Below, piece after piece: positions 10,066-20,239 of a stretch of DNA of 64,000 bases (the stretch's first letter is position 1; each line of letters opens with the position of its first letter). Made by a program: the position numbers and the translations under genes. Source of the DNA: Candidatus Uhrbacteria bacterium CG_4_9_14_3_um_filter_41_35 (GTDB lineage: Bacteria > Patescibacteriota > Patescibacteriia > UBA9934); NCBI GenBank assembly GCA_002791275.1, contig PFWT01000007.1:26859-90858 (forward strand), written 5' to 3'. Below the pieces are notes generated by a model that saw nothing but the letters and a program-made list of their open reading frames with translations, searched no databases and was not told where the DNA came from.

Positions 10066-11463
10066 TTAAATATCTAGCTTAATATGCACATCCTGAAGTG
10101 CTGTACTTGGCATTGCGCTTGGTGCATCCATCATATGATCGCGTGCGTTTCCGTCCTTTGGAAAGACGATCACTTCTCGGATATTTGGCTCATTTTGTAA
10201 TATCGCAACAATTCGATCCATTCCAAAGGCAATTCCTCCATGAGGTGGTGCGCCATATTCAAAAGCTTTCAACATATGACCGAACTGATCATTGATTTGC
10301 TTTTCTGAATGCCCGATGATTTCAAGCACTGATTTGAGTGCCTCGGGTCGGTGATTTCGAATAGACCCACCACCAATTTCAAAACCGTTCAAACAAATAT
10401 CGTACTGTGTTGTAATAATCTCCCCAATATTTTCCTTATTGAGCAGCTCTTGCATCTGATCAGGTTTCGGTGCACTGAAAGGATTATGCGTAAATGTCCA
10501 ATGACCATCCCCACCTTTTTCAAAGAAAGGAAAGTCCACCACCCAACAAAACGCTAATAAATTTGGATCGTTTTTATCCGCTCGAATATCCGGACGGTCT
10601 GTACCATATTTTTTCATAGCCTCAGCATAAGAAATGCGTGGGAATGGTTTTTCCTGAATTTTCTTGTTAGGGTACAGCGTCTCCACTGTTTCAATGAGTA
10701 ATCGCTCAATAACATCCATTACATCTTCTTGCTCCACAAAACTCATCTCTAAGTCCATCTGTGTAAACTCCGGCTGACGATCGCCACGCTGGTCTTCGTC
10801 TCTAAAACATCGAGCCATCTGGTAATAACGTTCAACTCCCGCCACCATCAGCAACTGCTTAAACTGTTGCGGTGACTGTGGTAGTACGTAAAATGTTCCT
10901 TCGTGCAGTCTTGAAGGCACCATAAACTCACGAGCACCTTCTGGGGTTCCTTTGGTTAGCATCGGTGTCTCAACTTCCACGAACTGCTCCTTATCAAGAA
11001 AACCACGCATGTACTGAAAAATTGAATTTCTCATCCGTAAGTTCTTAGCCATACGCTCGGTTCGAAGATCCAAATATTTATATTTCATACGTGAATCCTC
11101 ACCAATACCAAAAGTGTCTTTATCAAGTTCAAACGGTGGAGTTTTTGCTTCATTTAAAACTTTAATGTTTTTTGCAAGCAGTTCAACTGTACCGGTGATA
11201 ATTTTATTATTCACCTGCTTGGCACTTCTAGTCTGCACAACTCCCTCTATTTCAACCACCCATTCTGATCGCAGTGAACTGGCAACAGCATAACCCTCCT
11301 CGCCAAGATCACTAGGCACTGCCACGATTTGGAGCAATCCGTCTTTGTCGCGAAGATCGAAAAAGATAACTTTTCCCATATCTCGCCTAGCATGAATCCA
11401 ACCTGCCACTTTTACTGTTTCTCCGGCCTTTAAAACCGTTTCCGATGTAAATATTCTGCGCAT
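10066..11463 (-). CDS. aspS: Aspartate--tRNA ligase (short form lacking GAD insertion)
   Basis: OB fold, LPQSPQQFKQLLM, FRDED, GAPPHGGIAFGMDR. Confidence 0.95.
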   Translation of the reverse strand: MRRIFTSETVLKAGETVKVAGWIHARRDMGKVIFFDLRDKDGLLQIVAVPSDLGEEGYAVASSLRSEWVVEIEGVVQTRSAKQVNNKIITGTVELLAKNIKVLNEAKTPPFELDKDTFGIGEDSRMKYKYLDLRTERMAKNLRMRNSIFQYMRGFLDKEQFVEVETPMLTKGTPEGAREFMVPSRLHEGTFYVLPQSPQQFKQLLMVAGVERYYQMARCFRDEDQRGDRQPEFTQMDLEMSFVEQEDVMDVIERLLIETVETLYPNKKIQEKPFPRISYAEAMKKYGTDRPDIRADKNDPNLLAFCWVVDFPFFEKGGDGHWTFTHNPFSAPKPDQMQELLNKENIGEIITTQYDICLNGFEIGGGSIRNHRPEALKSVLEIIGHSEKQINDQFGHMLKAFEYGAPPHGGIAFGMDRIVAILQNEPNIREVIVFPKDGNARDHMMDAPSAMPSTALQDVHIKLDI

Positions 11464-11538
11464 AACCGATAGTTTAATGTTGTCGCACCTTAAGGACGCG
11501 CAACCCCTTTTTAATTTTATATTAACAATACTCCTACA

Positions 11539-12348
11539 TTACACGCTTTCTGGCTGGAATTCAAGCTCAACATCCGCCAAGATTCCCTCCCAAAATGGCC
11601 TATCATATCTACCAGGTAAGTGAAACGAAACTAAATCATGGACCATATTTGCAAACGACTCCATATGAACACCAGATAGCGCCAGGCGAATTAGGTCCTC
11701 GTATCTTGAGTCTCTTGCAAAGCGAAGTAATTTTATAACATCGTCCTCAATATTTCTCGCTGTAAACCATTCCTCTTTATCTGCACTCACACAGTCTGAA
11801 CAAACTAGACCACCCTTTCCTGCGTGCCACCTAAAATCAGATGGCGCAATTTCATTTCTACAAGCTAAACAGTTTACAAGTTCAACATCGTAACCCGATC
11901 GCTTCATTAGTTTTAACAAAAAAGCCCCTAGTAAAAATGTCGATCGAGTTGCGCTAAAATCTCTGCCTACATTTAAAAAACTTAGCCAATCAACTAAATC
12001 TTGATAAGAAGCCTGATCATCCGTCAATTCATGCGTATATCTATTTAGCAAAATTAACGATGACTGAGCTAGTAGTCGAGTACTAAGTTCATTACTGATT
12101 TTTTTAAAAGTAAACTGTCGATCAACCGAGATAACCGTTGTGCTGTGCTGCCCCCTTATTATTTCAACGTCCACAACAGCAAACGGTTCCAGATGACTGG
12201 CAAGCTTCGCAAGTCCTTTTTGCGCCCCTCGACCTATAATCTCAAGCTTTCCGTGTGTTGGTGTTAAAATATTATAAGCTCGGTCCGCCTCCCTTACTGG
12301 CACAACTGTCAAAACGATACCTTCTGTTTTTATTGACGACCAACTCAT
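11539..12348 (-). CDS. recO: DNA repair protein RecO
   Basis: TEGIVL...EADR...HGKL N-terminal OB fold; CxxC...CxxC Zn finger. Confidence 0.88.
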   Translation of the reverse strand: MSWSSIKTEGIVLTVVPVREADRAYNILTPTHGKLEIIGRGAQKGLAKLASHLEPFAVVDVEIIRGQHSTTVISVDRQFTFKKISNELSTRLLAQSSLILLNRYTHELTDDQASYQDLVDWLSFLNVGRDFSATRSTFLLGAFLLKLMKRSGYDVELVNCLACRNEIAPSDFRWHAGKGGLVCSDCVSADKEEWFTARNIEDDVIKLLRFARDSRYEDLIRLALSGVHMESFANMVHDLVSFHLPGRYDRPFWEGILADVELEFQPESV

Positions 12349-12386
12349 AGTTCAAATTCTTCAAAAAGAAATAATTAGAAATTAAT

Positions 12387-12794
12387 CTAATTATTATCAA
12401 AATAGCTCTGTAAAATCAGCATCGCAGAAAGTGCATCTTCCTCTGCTTCAGCTCCATATTCAGATTTTAAACGTTGGCTTTCGGCCGATGTAAATCGCTC
12501 GTCAACTTCGTGAACGACAACGCCAGAAGCAACCCGTAAATTTTCTATAAACTTTTTCGTGATATCGAGTTGATCAGAAGAATAATCACCTGATTTTAGA
12601 GGCACTCCAACTACTACTTCATCCACGCCTTCAGCATTTATTAACTTCAAAACCTCGTTAACACCTTCAACACCCTCCTGCCCTTTTGTCTTCTTAAGAT
12701 AAAGCACCTCAACCGGCATCGCCACCTTTGTTTCACTGTCACCAAGCGCTATTCCAATTTTCCGTAAGCCAAAGTCAATACCAATATATCGCAT
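12387..12794 (-). CDS. ruvX: RuvX/YqgF pre-16S rRNA nuclease
   Basis: IGIDFGLRKIGIA, VGVP, VDERFTS. Confidence 0.9.
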   Translation of the reverse strand: MRYIGIDFGLRKIGIALGDSETKVAMPVEVLYLKKTKGQEGVEGVNEVLKLINAEGVDEVVVGVPLKSGDYSSDQLDITKKFIENLRVASGVVVHEVDERFTSAESQRLKSEYGAEAEEDALSAMLILQSYFDNN

Positions 12795-12795
12795 A

Positions 12796-13302
12796 CTATT
12801 CTATATTTTCATTAACGTTCGGCATGTTCTGAGCCTCCTCTGAACCTGGAATTACTAAATGCGCTGCATCTGGTTGAGCTATGAAGTCTGGTCTAACAAC
12901 CTCTTCATTCACCTTCACTGGTAAATCTTTCATTGTTTCGTAAACTTTATCACCGTTATCTGCGTGCAATAAAGTGATATACATATAACCTGGCAACATC
13001 TCTTGCTCCAGATTAATTACAATATCCGAATGCTCCCCTGCTTCCAAATACTCGGATGTTCCGATGATATCCGCCGGTGATCTACCAAGTGCTTCGTGAA
13101 TGGTAATAAAGCCAGGCGCTGCCAGAGAAGCACTTAAAGTAACGGTATTTAACGTATTTTGATCAGAAACTGTAATTAAACCACCACCAACATCAACTGG
13201 TCTGTAAGGCAAAACCTTTTCGTTGCTTGAACTTAAGAAGAAAAATCCAGCCGCAACCAAAAAGCCAACAATACCAAGTAAATACAATAAATCTTTTTTC
13301 AT
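12796..13302 (-). CDS. Membrane-anchored extracellular protein (beta-rich domain)
   Basis: N-terminal TM; GFITIHE...IIGTSEYLEAGEH...LLHADNGD. Confidence 0.6.
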   Translation of the reverse strand: MKKDLLYLLGIVGFLVAAGFFFLSSSNEKVLPYRPVDVGGGLITVSDQNTLNTVTLSASLAAPGFITIHEALGRSPADIIGTSEYLEAGEHSDIVINLEQEMLPGYMYITLLHADNGDKVYETMKDLPVKVNEEVVRPDFIAQPDAAHLVIPGSEEAQNMPNVNENIE

Positions 13303-13322
13303 ACTAACTGAATATACCTTAT

Positions 13323-14099
13323 TTAGATTTTTACTTCTGGTAGTGGCGTTAGAATTTCGTAGCCAGCCTCGGTAACCGCGACTGTCACTTCAAAGTGACT
13401 AGCGTCCGAACCGTCTTCAGTTACAATCGTCCAACCGTCTTCATCTGTTGCGATTTCTTTAGAACCTGTTGTAACCGTCGGTTCAATCGCTAAACACATC
13501 CCCTTTTTAATCTTTACTTTTGGAAACTGTTTTGTTTTGTAGTTAGGAATATGCGGATACTCATGCACAGCATGACCTACACCGTGGCCAACTAAAGCCT
13601 CGATTATCCCGTACTTTTTTGTGTCTACCGCAGACTCAACCGCTGTTCCAATATCCGAAATAAATGCTCCTGGCTTAATCACTTCAAGACCTGCATAAAG
13701 TGAATCTCTCGTGGTTCGCAGTAATGCCTTCCGTTCTTTACTGATATTGCCGATCGGTACCGTAACTGCCATATCTGTTGCTAAATTATGTAGCCAGAGT
13801 CCAATGTCGAGTCCAACAATGTCGCCCTCTTCAAGCACAATATCACGCTCACCTATACCGTGAACGATCTCATCATTTTTTGAAATGCAAAGAGTAGATG
13901 GGAATGGATCAGCACCACCGTAGCCCTTAAACGAGGGTACACCACCGCCTGCGCGAATAACACGTTCAGCTTCAGCGTCTAGCTCTCGCATAGTAACACC
14001 TGGTTTTGCCATATCTACTGCAGACTGTAGAGCCTTTGAAAGCAAGGCGCCTCCCTCGCGCATTTTCGCTATTTCATCGTCTGTTTTAATAAGTGCCAT
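13323..14099 (-). CDS. map: Type I methionine aminopeptidase
   Basis: IVHG, DIG, GHGVG, AIEP, HFE. Confidence 0.95.
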   Translation of the reverse strand: MALIKTDDEIAKMREGGALLSKALQSAVDMAKPGVTMRELDAEAERVIRAGGGVPSFKGYGGADPFPSTLCISKNDEIVHGIGERDIVLEEGDIVGLDIGLWLHNLATDMAVTVPIGNISKERKALLRTTRDSLYAGLEVIKPGAFISDIGTAVESAVDTKKYGIIEALVGHGVGHAVHEYPHIPNYKTKQFPKVKIKKGMCLAIEPTVTTGSKEIATDEDGWTIVTEDGSDASHFEVTVAVTEAGYEILTPLPEVKI

Positions 14100-14111
14100 A
14101 GTGAATCTTAG

Positions 14112-14666
14112 CTAGATTACAAGTGCTTCTTCTATCCGCTCTTCAACCTCTTCCATTGTTCCCATTCCGTCGATGACTTTTAACACACCTTGCGACTTAA
14201 ATAGTTCAAGGACTGGTTTTGTTTCTTCTTCGTAAATTTCAAGTCTGCGTTTAATCTGCTCTGGTTCGTCATCTGCTCTCTTTTCAATATCAGCTCGACG
14301 CGCTAGTCGACGCATTGACTCGTCAAGCGGAACATTGATTAATATAACCGCTGTTGGCATATCAAAAGCTTTAAAAGCATTGTATTGCTCAACGTTCCGA
14401 GGATAGCCGTCCAAAATATAACCGTCCTGCGCATCCGCTTGTTCTAGTCTTTTCTTAAGAATTCTTAAAGCGAGTTCATCTGAAACAAGCTCTCCATCCT
14501 CATAAATGACTTTTGAGATCTCTTTGCCAAGCTCACCACCTTCAGTAATCTGATCCCGAAGCAATTGCCCCATAGACAATGCTGGAATACCTAATTTTTG
14601 ACTTAACCTTGTTGCCTGAGTTCCTTTACCGCTTCCCTGAGGTCCAGCAATAAGTATCTTCTGCAT
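14112..14666 (-). CDS. adk: Adenylate kinase (short-LID type)
   Basis: GPQGSGKGTQA, LDGYPR, RADD. Confidence 0.92.
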   Translation of the reverse strand: MQKILIAGPQGSGKGTQATRLSQKLGIPALSMGQLLRDQITEGGELGKEISKVIYEDGELVSDELALRILKKRLEQADAQDGYILDGYPRNVEQYNAFKAFDMPTAVILINVPLDESMRRLARRADIEKRADDEPEQIKRRLEIYEEETKPVLELFKSQGVLKVIDGMGTMEEVEERIEEALVI

Positions 14667-14668
14667 AA

Positions 14669-14908
14669 TTATTTTTCCGATTCAAACATATTATTTAAAA
14701 TATCTCTTCTGTGGCTACTACTAATTAGGTAAGCAGCTTCAAGATGCCTAAGTACATTATCAACATCCCGAGGACCAATCAAGCCCAGGCGGCGAGATAG
14801 AATAATAATTGCTGATTCAACAAGTTTTCTCTGATAAGTATTCATTCCTATCCGGTAGATCACTCGTTGAATAGCGCTTTCGTTAAAAGATTTTCTTTGT
14901 TCTGCCAT
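14669..14908 (-). CDS. Small hypothetical protein
   Basis: 79-aa ORF tightly coupled to adk. Confidence 0.6.
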   Translation of the reverse strand: MAEQRKSFNESAIQRVIYRIGMNTYQRKLVESAIIILSRRLGLIGPRDVDNVLRHLEAAYLISSSHRRDILNNMFESEK

Positions 14909-14977
14909 ATGCTATAGTATAGCTATTTTTTAAAACTTTTGAAACAAAAGAACAGACCTGAGTCCGTTCTTTTATGT

Positions 14978-16246
14978 TTAATACTGTCGCATTGTGATCT
15001 GAGATTCAATCTGTTTAATCATGTCGATAACCACCGCCACGATAATTAAGATACTTGCTCCGCCGACCACCAAATTCTGTTGACCAGTGAAGGCCTGAAC
15101 AATAAGCGGTAAAACCGCAATACCACCCAAGAATACTGCACCAGTTAACAAAATCCTGTTTTTTACCCAGTTTAGATAATTGGCTGTTTGTTCACCTGGT
15201 CGAATTCCAGGAATAAAGCCACCCTGTTTTTGTAAATTCTCCGCCACCTGTTCTGGTTTGAAAACCACAGACGCGTAGAAAAATGTGAAGGTAAATACTA
15301 GCAAGAAGTAGAGAACTCCATAGAATACTCCATTTCCGAAAAGTTGCAGTACAAACGTTGCAGCATTTCTCAAGAATTCAGTTCTAGCTTCAAGGAAGAA
15401 CTGTGCAATTAGTGGCGGGAAAACAATGATAGCAATTGCGAAAATGATTGGAATCATTCCACCCATATTTATTCGTAACGGCAAATGTGACATTACTTTT
15501 CCAGCCCCACCTCGTGCATACTGAACTGGGATATTTCGTTGCCCTTCATTAATAATTACCACGGTAACCACGGTTACCAATGTTAATAAAACGAAGAGTA
15601 AAATATCACCTAAAGAATCACGTGTATATGTTGAAGCTACTTGCTGAAGGAAGGTTGGGAATCCGGAAATAATTCCAGCTAGAATCATAATTGAAATACC
15701 GTTTCCAACTCCTCGTTCGCTAATTAGCTCACCAATCCACATCAAGAAAATCGTTCCAGCGGTCATAGAAATGAGCGCAACGATTAGGCCAAAACCTGAT
15801 AGATCAAAACTTGCTGTACTTCCAAGAACACCTCCAAGCCCCTGCTGACTGAAGATTGAAATTAGACCATAACCCTGAACAAGTGCTAACGGCACGGTTG
15901 CAAGACGAGTCCATCTGTTAATCTTCTGTCGACCAGATTCTTCTTTTTGCATCTCCTCAATTTGAGGAAAAATCATCCCAAGAAGCTGAAAAATAATCGA
16001 ACTTGTGATGTAAGGAGCAATTCCCATTGCCACAATCGAGAAATTCTCAAGTGTTCCACCTGAAAACACGTTTAGAAGCCCAAGAAATTGGTTAGAATTT
16101 AAAAACTCAGCCAATCCTGCAGGATTTATACCAGGAACAGTAATATGAGCAGCTACTCGAAATATTGTTAGAGCAAAAAGAATGTAGAATAAACTATTTC
16201 TGAGCTCTTTTGTTTTCCAAATACGCTTAATAGTATCCATGTTCAT
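14978..16246 (-). CDS. secY: Preprotein translocase SecY
   Basis: MGIAPYITSSII, GVGNGIS, FIPGIRPG. Confidence 0.97.
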   Translation of the reverse strand: MNMDTIKRIWKTKELRNSLFYILFALTIFRVAAHITVPGINPAGLAEFLNSNQFLGLLNVFSGGTLENFSIVAMGIAPYITSSIIFQLLGMIFPQIEEMQKEESGRQKINRWTRLATVPLALVQGYGLISIFSQQGLGGVLGSTASFDLSGFGLIVALISMTAGTIFLMWIGELISERGVGNGISIMILAGIISGFPTFLQQVASTYTRDSLGDILLFVLLTLVTVVTVVIINEGQRNIPVQYARGGAGKVMSHLPLRINMGGMIPIIFAIAIIVFPPLIAQFFLEARTEFLRNAATFVLQLFGNGVFYGVLYFLLVFTFTFFYASVVFKPEQVAENLQKQGGFIPGIRPGEQTANYLNWVKNRILLTGAVFLGGIAVLPLIVQAFTGQQNLVVGGASILIIVAVVIDMIKQIESQITMRQY

Positions 16247-16352
16247 AAATGATTCTATACTAGGTCTAGTTAGTAGGTTAAAGTTTACAACTTTACGCAC
16301 CGGTTAAGAAACGCGAAGTGGATAACTGAAACCTACTGTCTCTACCCTTTTA

Positions 16353-16790
16353 TTAAGCAATAATCTCTCCGCCAGCTTTCAAGATCTTTTCCGCAGCACT
16401 CTTTGAAACTAAACATCCTTGAACCTTAACAGCGATAGTAATTTCACCGTTTCCAAGAATCTTAACCCCATCCTTTGCCTCTCGAACAAGACCTGACTTT
16501 TCAATTTTCTTTGGTGTAAGCACATCTCCAACCTTAAAGCTCTTTTCAATAGCTGAAAGATTTATAACGCCATTCTTAGCATGTGGAGATTTGAATCCTC
16601 GAAGTTTTGGTGTTGAAAGAACTGTCTTCTTCATTCCAAGTCTTTTCAGACCACCAACTCCTGATCGAGATTTCTGTCCTTTCTGCCCACGTCCAGCAGT
16701 TGTTCCAGTTGAACCTAAACCACGACCAACTCGTTTTTTAAGTTTCTTTGAACCTTTTTTTGGTTGTAAATTATGGAGTGTAATTGTCAT
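16353..16790 (-). CDS. rplO: 50S ribosomal protein uL15
   Basis: RVGRGLGSTGTTAGRGQKGQKSR. Confidence 0.96.
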   Translation of the reverse strand: MTITLHNLQPKKGSKKLKKRVGRGLGSTGTTAGRGQKGQKSRSGVGGLKRLGMKKTVLSTPKLRGFKSPHAKNGVINLSAIEKSFKVGDVLTPKKIEKSGLVREAKDGVKILGNGEITIAVKVQGCLVSKSAAEKILKAGGEIIA

Positions 16791-16798
16791 ATATTAGC

Positions 16799-17488
16799 TT
16801 AAGCCTTAGCTTCTACTGTTTTCTCCTCTTTTACCATTACAACCTTCTCCTCTACATCCTTAAAAGAACGCAAAGCGGCAAATGTAGCCTTGGCAATATT
16901 AATTTTGTTGCTTGATCCTAAAATCTTTGAAACAGCATTTGGTACTCCAGCAAGCTCAAGAACCAATCGCACAGCTCCGCCAGATTTAAGTCCGGTTCCT
17001 TCTGGTGCTGGTTTTAGCATAACCTTTGCAGCTCCAGACTTCACCAAGATTTCATGAGGAATTGTTTCGTTGTAAATTGGTACGGTTACAAGGTTTTTCT
17101 TTGCCTGACTGAATGCCTTTTCAACAGATTGGGCAACGTCAACTCCCTTTGCAACTCCCATTCCAACTCGACCCTTCTTATCACCGATAATAAGACAAGT
17201 TCGGAAACGCATTCGTTTTCCACCTTTAGTCACACGAGTAACTCGAGCTAAGTCTAGGATTTTCTGTTCAAATTCTCGAACTTCCCGAGGCTTTTGTTCT
17301 CGTCGACCCTTTCGACCAGCGCCAGTTCCACGTTGATCTCCAGCTTTTCGGTGATCTCCAGCTTTTCTCTGATCACCAGACTTTCGCTGATCCCCAGTCT
17401 TTCGGTGGTCTCCAGCTTTTCTCTGATCACCAGTTTTTCGCTGATCCCCGGTCTTGTGAGTAACCTTTTTATTTGTAGTATTTTCCAT
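16799..17488 (-). CDS. rpsE: 30S ribosomal protein uS5 with repeat-containing N-terminal extension
   Basis: RVTRVTKGGKRMRF; KPAPEGTGL. Confidence 0.96.
   Translation of the reverse strand: MENTTNKKVTHKTGDQRKTGDQRKAGDHRKTGDQRKSGDQRKAGDHRKAGDQRGTGAGRKGRREQKPREVREFEQKILDLARVTRVTKGGKRMRFRTCLIIGDKKGRVGMGVAKGVDVAQSVEKAFSQAKKNLVTVPIYNETIPHEILVKSGAAKVMLKPAPEGTGLKSGGAVRLVLELAGVPNAVSKILGSSNKINIAKATFAALRSFKDVEEKVVMVKEEKTVEAKA
17330..17455 (-). repeat. 7 x 18-bp coding tandem repeat (K[TAS]GD[QH]R) in rpsE
   Basis: KTGDQR KTGDQR KAGDHR KTGDQR KSGDQR KAGDHR KAGDQR. Confidence 0.9.
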
Positions 17489-17491
17489 AGA

Positions 17492-17851
17492 CTAAAATTC
17501 TAAACCACCTTCTCGCGCACCCTCTGCTAGAGATTTTACACGACCGTGATATTGATAAGATCCTCTATCAAAAACTACTGTCTTGATACCAGCAGCGATT
17601 GCCAACTTAGCAATTTCTGCTCCAACTAGGCCAGCAATTTCAACTGGTTTCTTGCCCTTTGTATCAACCTTCAAATCTGAAGAAGAAACAAGAGTTTTTC
17701 CAGCTACATCATCAATTGCCTGAACAGAAATATGTTTAGCAGTTCGAAAAACTGACAATCTAGGACGTAGAGAGGTACCCTGAACACGAGCACGTGTTCG
17801 GTTTGCCCTTCTAAATTTACTTTCGTGTTTTTGTTTTATTGAAGTTGTCAT
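17492..17851 (-). CDS. rplR: 50S ribosomal protein uL18
   Basis: RPRLSVFR; VFDRGSYQYHGRVK. Confidence 0.96.
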   Translation of the reverse strand: MTTSIKQKHESKFRRANRTRARVQGTSLRPRLSVFRTAKHISVQAIDDVAGKTLVSSSDLKVDTKGKKPVEIAGLVGAEIAKLAIAAGIKTVVFDRGSYQYHGRVKSLAEGAREGGLEF

Positions 17852-17856
17852 AGAGA

Positions 17857-18405
17857 TTAATCAGATTTCGCTGCCTTACCTACCTTTCGGCGGATCACCT
17901 CATCGGTGTATCTAAAACCTTTTCCTTTATACGGTTCTGGTTTCTTAAGTGATCGAATTTCTGAAGCAACTTTTCCTACAAGCTGTTTATCAATTCCAGC
18001 AATTGTAAGTACTAAACCTTCAAGACTTGCGTTGATTCCTTCTGGAAGTGCGTATCGTACTTCATGAGAAAATCCAAGACTCATAACAAGAACGGCACCG
18101 TCTAGGTTCATTTTAAAACCAACTCCGTTCAATTCAAGTTTTTTGCTCCAACCAGTCACAACTCCTTCAACCATATTCTGTAGAAGAGCGCGCATAGTTC
18201 CCCAAATAGCACCATTATTCTCGTTTAAAAGAGTAACGATAAGTGCATCACCAGAACCTTCAATTGTTTCCTGCTTTACTTCTGTTTGTGGGTTAATTGT
18301 TACCTTAAGTTCTCCTTTTGGACCTTTAACAATCACCTCAGAGTCTGAGATAGTTGCGGTCACTCCTTCTGGGAGGAAAACTGGTTTTTTTCCGATTCTT
18401 GACAT
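17857..18405 (-). CDS. rplF: 50S ribosomal protein uL6
   Basis: MSRIGKKP; PEPYKGKG. Confidence 0.96.
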   Translation of the reverse strand: MSRIGKKPVFLPEGVTATISDSEVIVKGPKGELKVTINPQTEVKQETIEGSGDALIVTLLNENNGAIWGTMRALLQNMVEGVVTGWSKKLELNGVGFKMNLDGAVLVMSLGFSHEVRYALPEGINASLEGLVLTIAGIDKQLVGKVASEIRSLKKPEPYKGKGFRYTDEVIRRKVGKAAKSD

Positions 18406-18406
18406 A

Positions 18407-18799
18407 TTAGTATATTTCGCAAATAACCTCTCCGCCAAGACTTCGCTTTCGAGCTTCCCCGTTAGTCATAAGTCCGTTAGGAGTTGAGATAATAGCAAGT
18501 CCCATACCAGAAAGAACTCGAGACAATTCGCTTGACTTCACGTAAACGCGTCGTCCTGGTTTACTTATTCTTTTAACTGATGAGATTGCTGGCACTTTTC
18601 CATCAAACTTAAGGTTGATGTACAAAGTTTTTCTCACTCCATCAGTTTCTTCTTTTACTGTTTCAACATACCCTTCACTTTCCAAGATTTTTGCAAGTGC
18701 AAATTTAATCTTTGATGAAGGCATCTCAATGAGGCGCTTTCCAACCATGGAAGCGTTCCGGATACGTGTTAACATGTCTGAAATTGGATCTGTCATCAT
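18407..18799 (-). CDS. rpsH: 30S ribosomal protein uS8
   Basis: TDPISDMLTRIRNA; SKPGRRVY. Confidence 0.96.
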   Translation of the reverse strand: MMTDPISDMLTRIRNASMVGKRLIEMPSSKIKFALAKILESEGYVETVKEETDGVRKTLYINLKFDGKVPAISSVKRISKPGRRVYVKSSELSRVLSGMGLAIISTPNGLMTNGEARKRSLGGEVICEIY

Positions 18800-18803
18800 A
18801 AAT

Positions 18804-18989
18804 TTACCAACTTGCTTTTTTAATACCTGGAACCTCACCGCGACTAGCTAACTCTCTAAAACAAATACGACATGTGCCAAAAGCTCTCATAAAGTATCTA
18901 TTTCGTCCGCATTTCCAGCAACGGTTAACTTTTCGAGACATGAATTTTGGCTTTCTTAAAGATTTTGCAATTTGATTCTTTTTTGCCAT
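18804..18989 (-). CDS. rpsN: 30S ribosomal protein uS14 (Zn-binding type Z)
   Basis: RCWKCGR...CRICFRE...KASW. Confidence 0.95.
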   Translation of the reverse strand: MAKKNQIAKSLRKPKFMSRKVNRCWKCGRNRYFMRAFGTCRICFRELASRGEVPGIKKASW

Positions 18990-18990
18990 A

Positions 18991-19539
18991 TTATTTCACA
19001 ATCTTTTTAGTAAATGGAAACCCTAGAGCCTCAAACAGTGCAATACCTTCCTCATGAGTTTTAGCTGTTGTAGTAATATTCACCTGCAATCCGTGTAAAG
19101 CATCTGCTCCATCCGCGTGAATTTCTGGAAAAGCTACATGTTCTTTGAATCCGTAGCTAAAGTTACCATCTTTGTCAACTGCTTTAAGTGGAATACCCTG
19201 GAAGTCTCTGATACGTGGAAAAATTACGCTTACCAATTTCTCGATAAAGCTCCACATTCGTGCACTTCTTAAAGTAACCATTGCTCCTACCGGCATCCCT
19301 TCACGAACCTTGAAACCAGCAATTGATTTTCTAGCCTTAGTTACCACAGGCTCTTGCCCTGAAATACGTCGAATAGTATTTTGCAATGTTTCGATAAATT
19401 TAGCATCGCGCTTTACTGAAAGACCTGAGTTGATAGTAACCTTAAGAATCTTTGGTGTTTCCAAGATATTCTTTCGCTCAAGTTTAGTTCTGAGCTGAGG
19501 TGTAATCTCGTTTTTAAATTTTTCTTGTAGATTACTCAT
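18991..19539 (-). CDS. rplE: 50S ribosomal protein uL5
   Basis: [14 protein letters not shown]; PRIRDFQG. Confidence 0.96.
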   Translation of the reverse strand: MSNLQEKFKNEITPQLRTKLERKNILETPKILKVTINSGLSVKRDAKFIETLQNTIRRISGQEPVVTKARKSIAGFKVREGMPVGAMVTLRSARMWSFIEKLVSVIFPRIRDFQGIPLKAVDKDGNFSYGFKEHVAFPEIHADGADALHGLQVNITTTAKTHEEGIALFEALGFPFTKKIVK

Positions 19540-19540
19540 A

Positions 19541-19858
19541 TTATTCAAGATCTTCATGACCTTTCTTGGTCTTTAATACACGTACTTTCTGATTCTTTCC
19601 TTCCTTGTCTAGAGTTTTATATCCAACTCGTCCAACACCATTCTTTCCTGACACTTGAACATTTGAAATATGAATTGGAGCATTATACTCAATTCGCTGT
19701 CCAGGTTGGTCACCTCGCTTCTTTAGGTGCTTAAAAGTTTTATTGATATTTTCTACGACAACTGTTTGTAACTTAGGAAATACTTGGATAACTTTTCCAG
19801 TTTTACCTTTGTCTCTTCCCGCAGTGATGCGTACGTTGTCTCCAGTTTTTACTTTCAT
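19541..19858 (-). CDS. rplX: 50S ribosomal protein uL24
   Basis: KOW GDNVRITAGRDKGK; APIHISNV. Confidence 0.95.
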   Translation of the reverse strand: MKVKTGDNVRITAGRDKGKTGKVIQVFPKLQTVVVENINKTFKHLKKRGDQPGQRIEYNAPIHISNVQVSGKNGVGRVGYKTLDKEGKNQKVRVLKTKKGHEDLE

Positions 19859-19866
19859 ACAATTAT

Positions 19867-20238
19867 TTATAGCACCTCAGGAGCAAGAGAAATGATCTTC
19901 TGAAAACCAGCGCCACGTAATTCACGTGCGATAGGTCCAAAGATTCGAGTACCCTTAGGTTCCTTGTTGTCACGGTTAATAATCACAGCTGCATTTTCGT
20001 CAAATCTGATATAAGATCCGTCCTTTCGGCGAGTCTCTTTCACCTGACGAACAATTACAGCGTGCACAATGTCACTCTTTTTTACGTTCGAGTGAGGCAC
20101 TGCTTCTTTTACAACAGCGGTTACAACATCTCCGATACGAGCGTATCGTTTCTTATATCCGCCGAGTACGCGAATAACCATAAGCTTTTTAGCTCCAGAG
20201 TTATCAGCCACTTTTAACATTGATAAGTGTTGTAACAT
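19867..20238 (-). CDS. rplN: 50S ribosomal protein uL14
   Basis: VADNSGAK; GTRIFGP; SLAPEVL. Confidence 0.97.
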   Translation of the reverse strand: MLQHLSMLKVADNSGAKKLMVIRVLGGYKKRYARIGDVVTAVVKEAVPHSNVKKSDIVHAVIVRQVKETRRKDGSYIRFDENAAVIINRDNKEPKGTRIFGPIARELRGAGFQKIISLAPEVL

Positions 20239-20239
20239 A

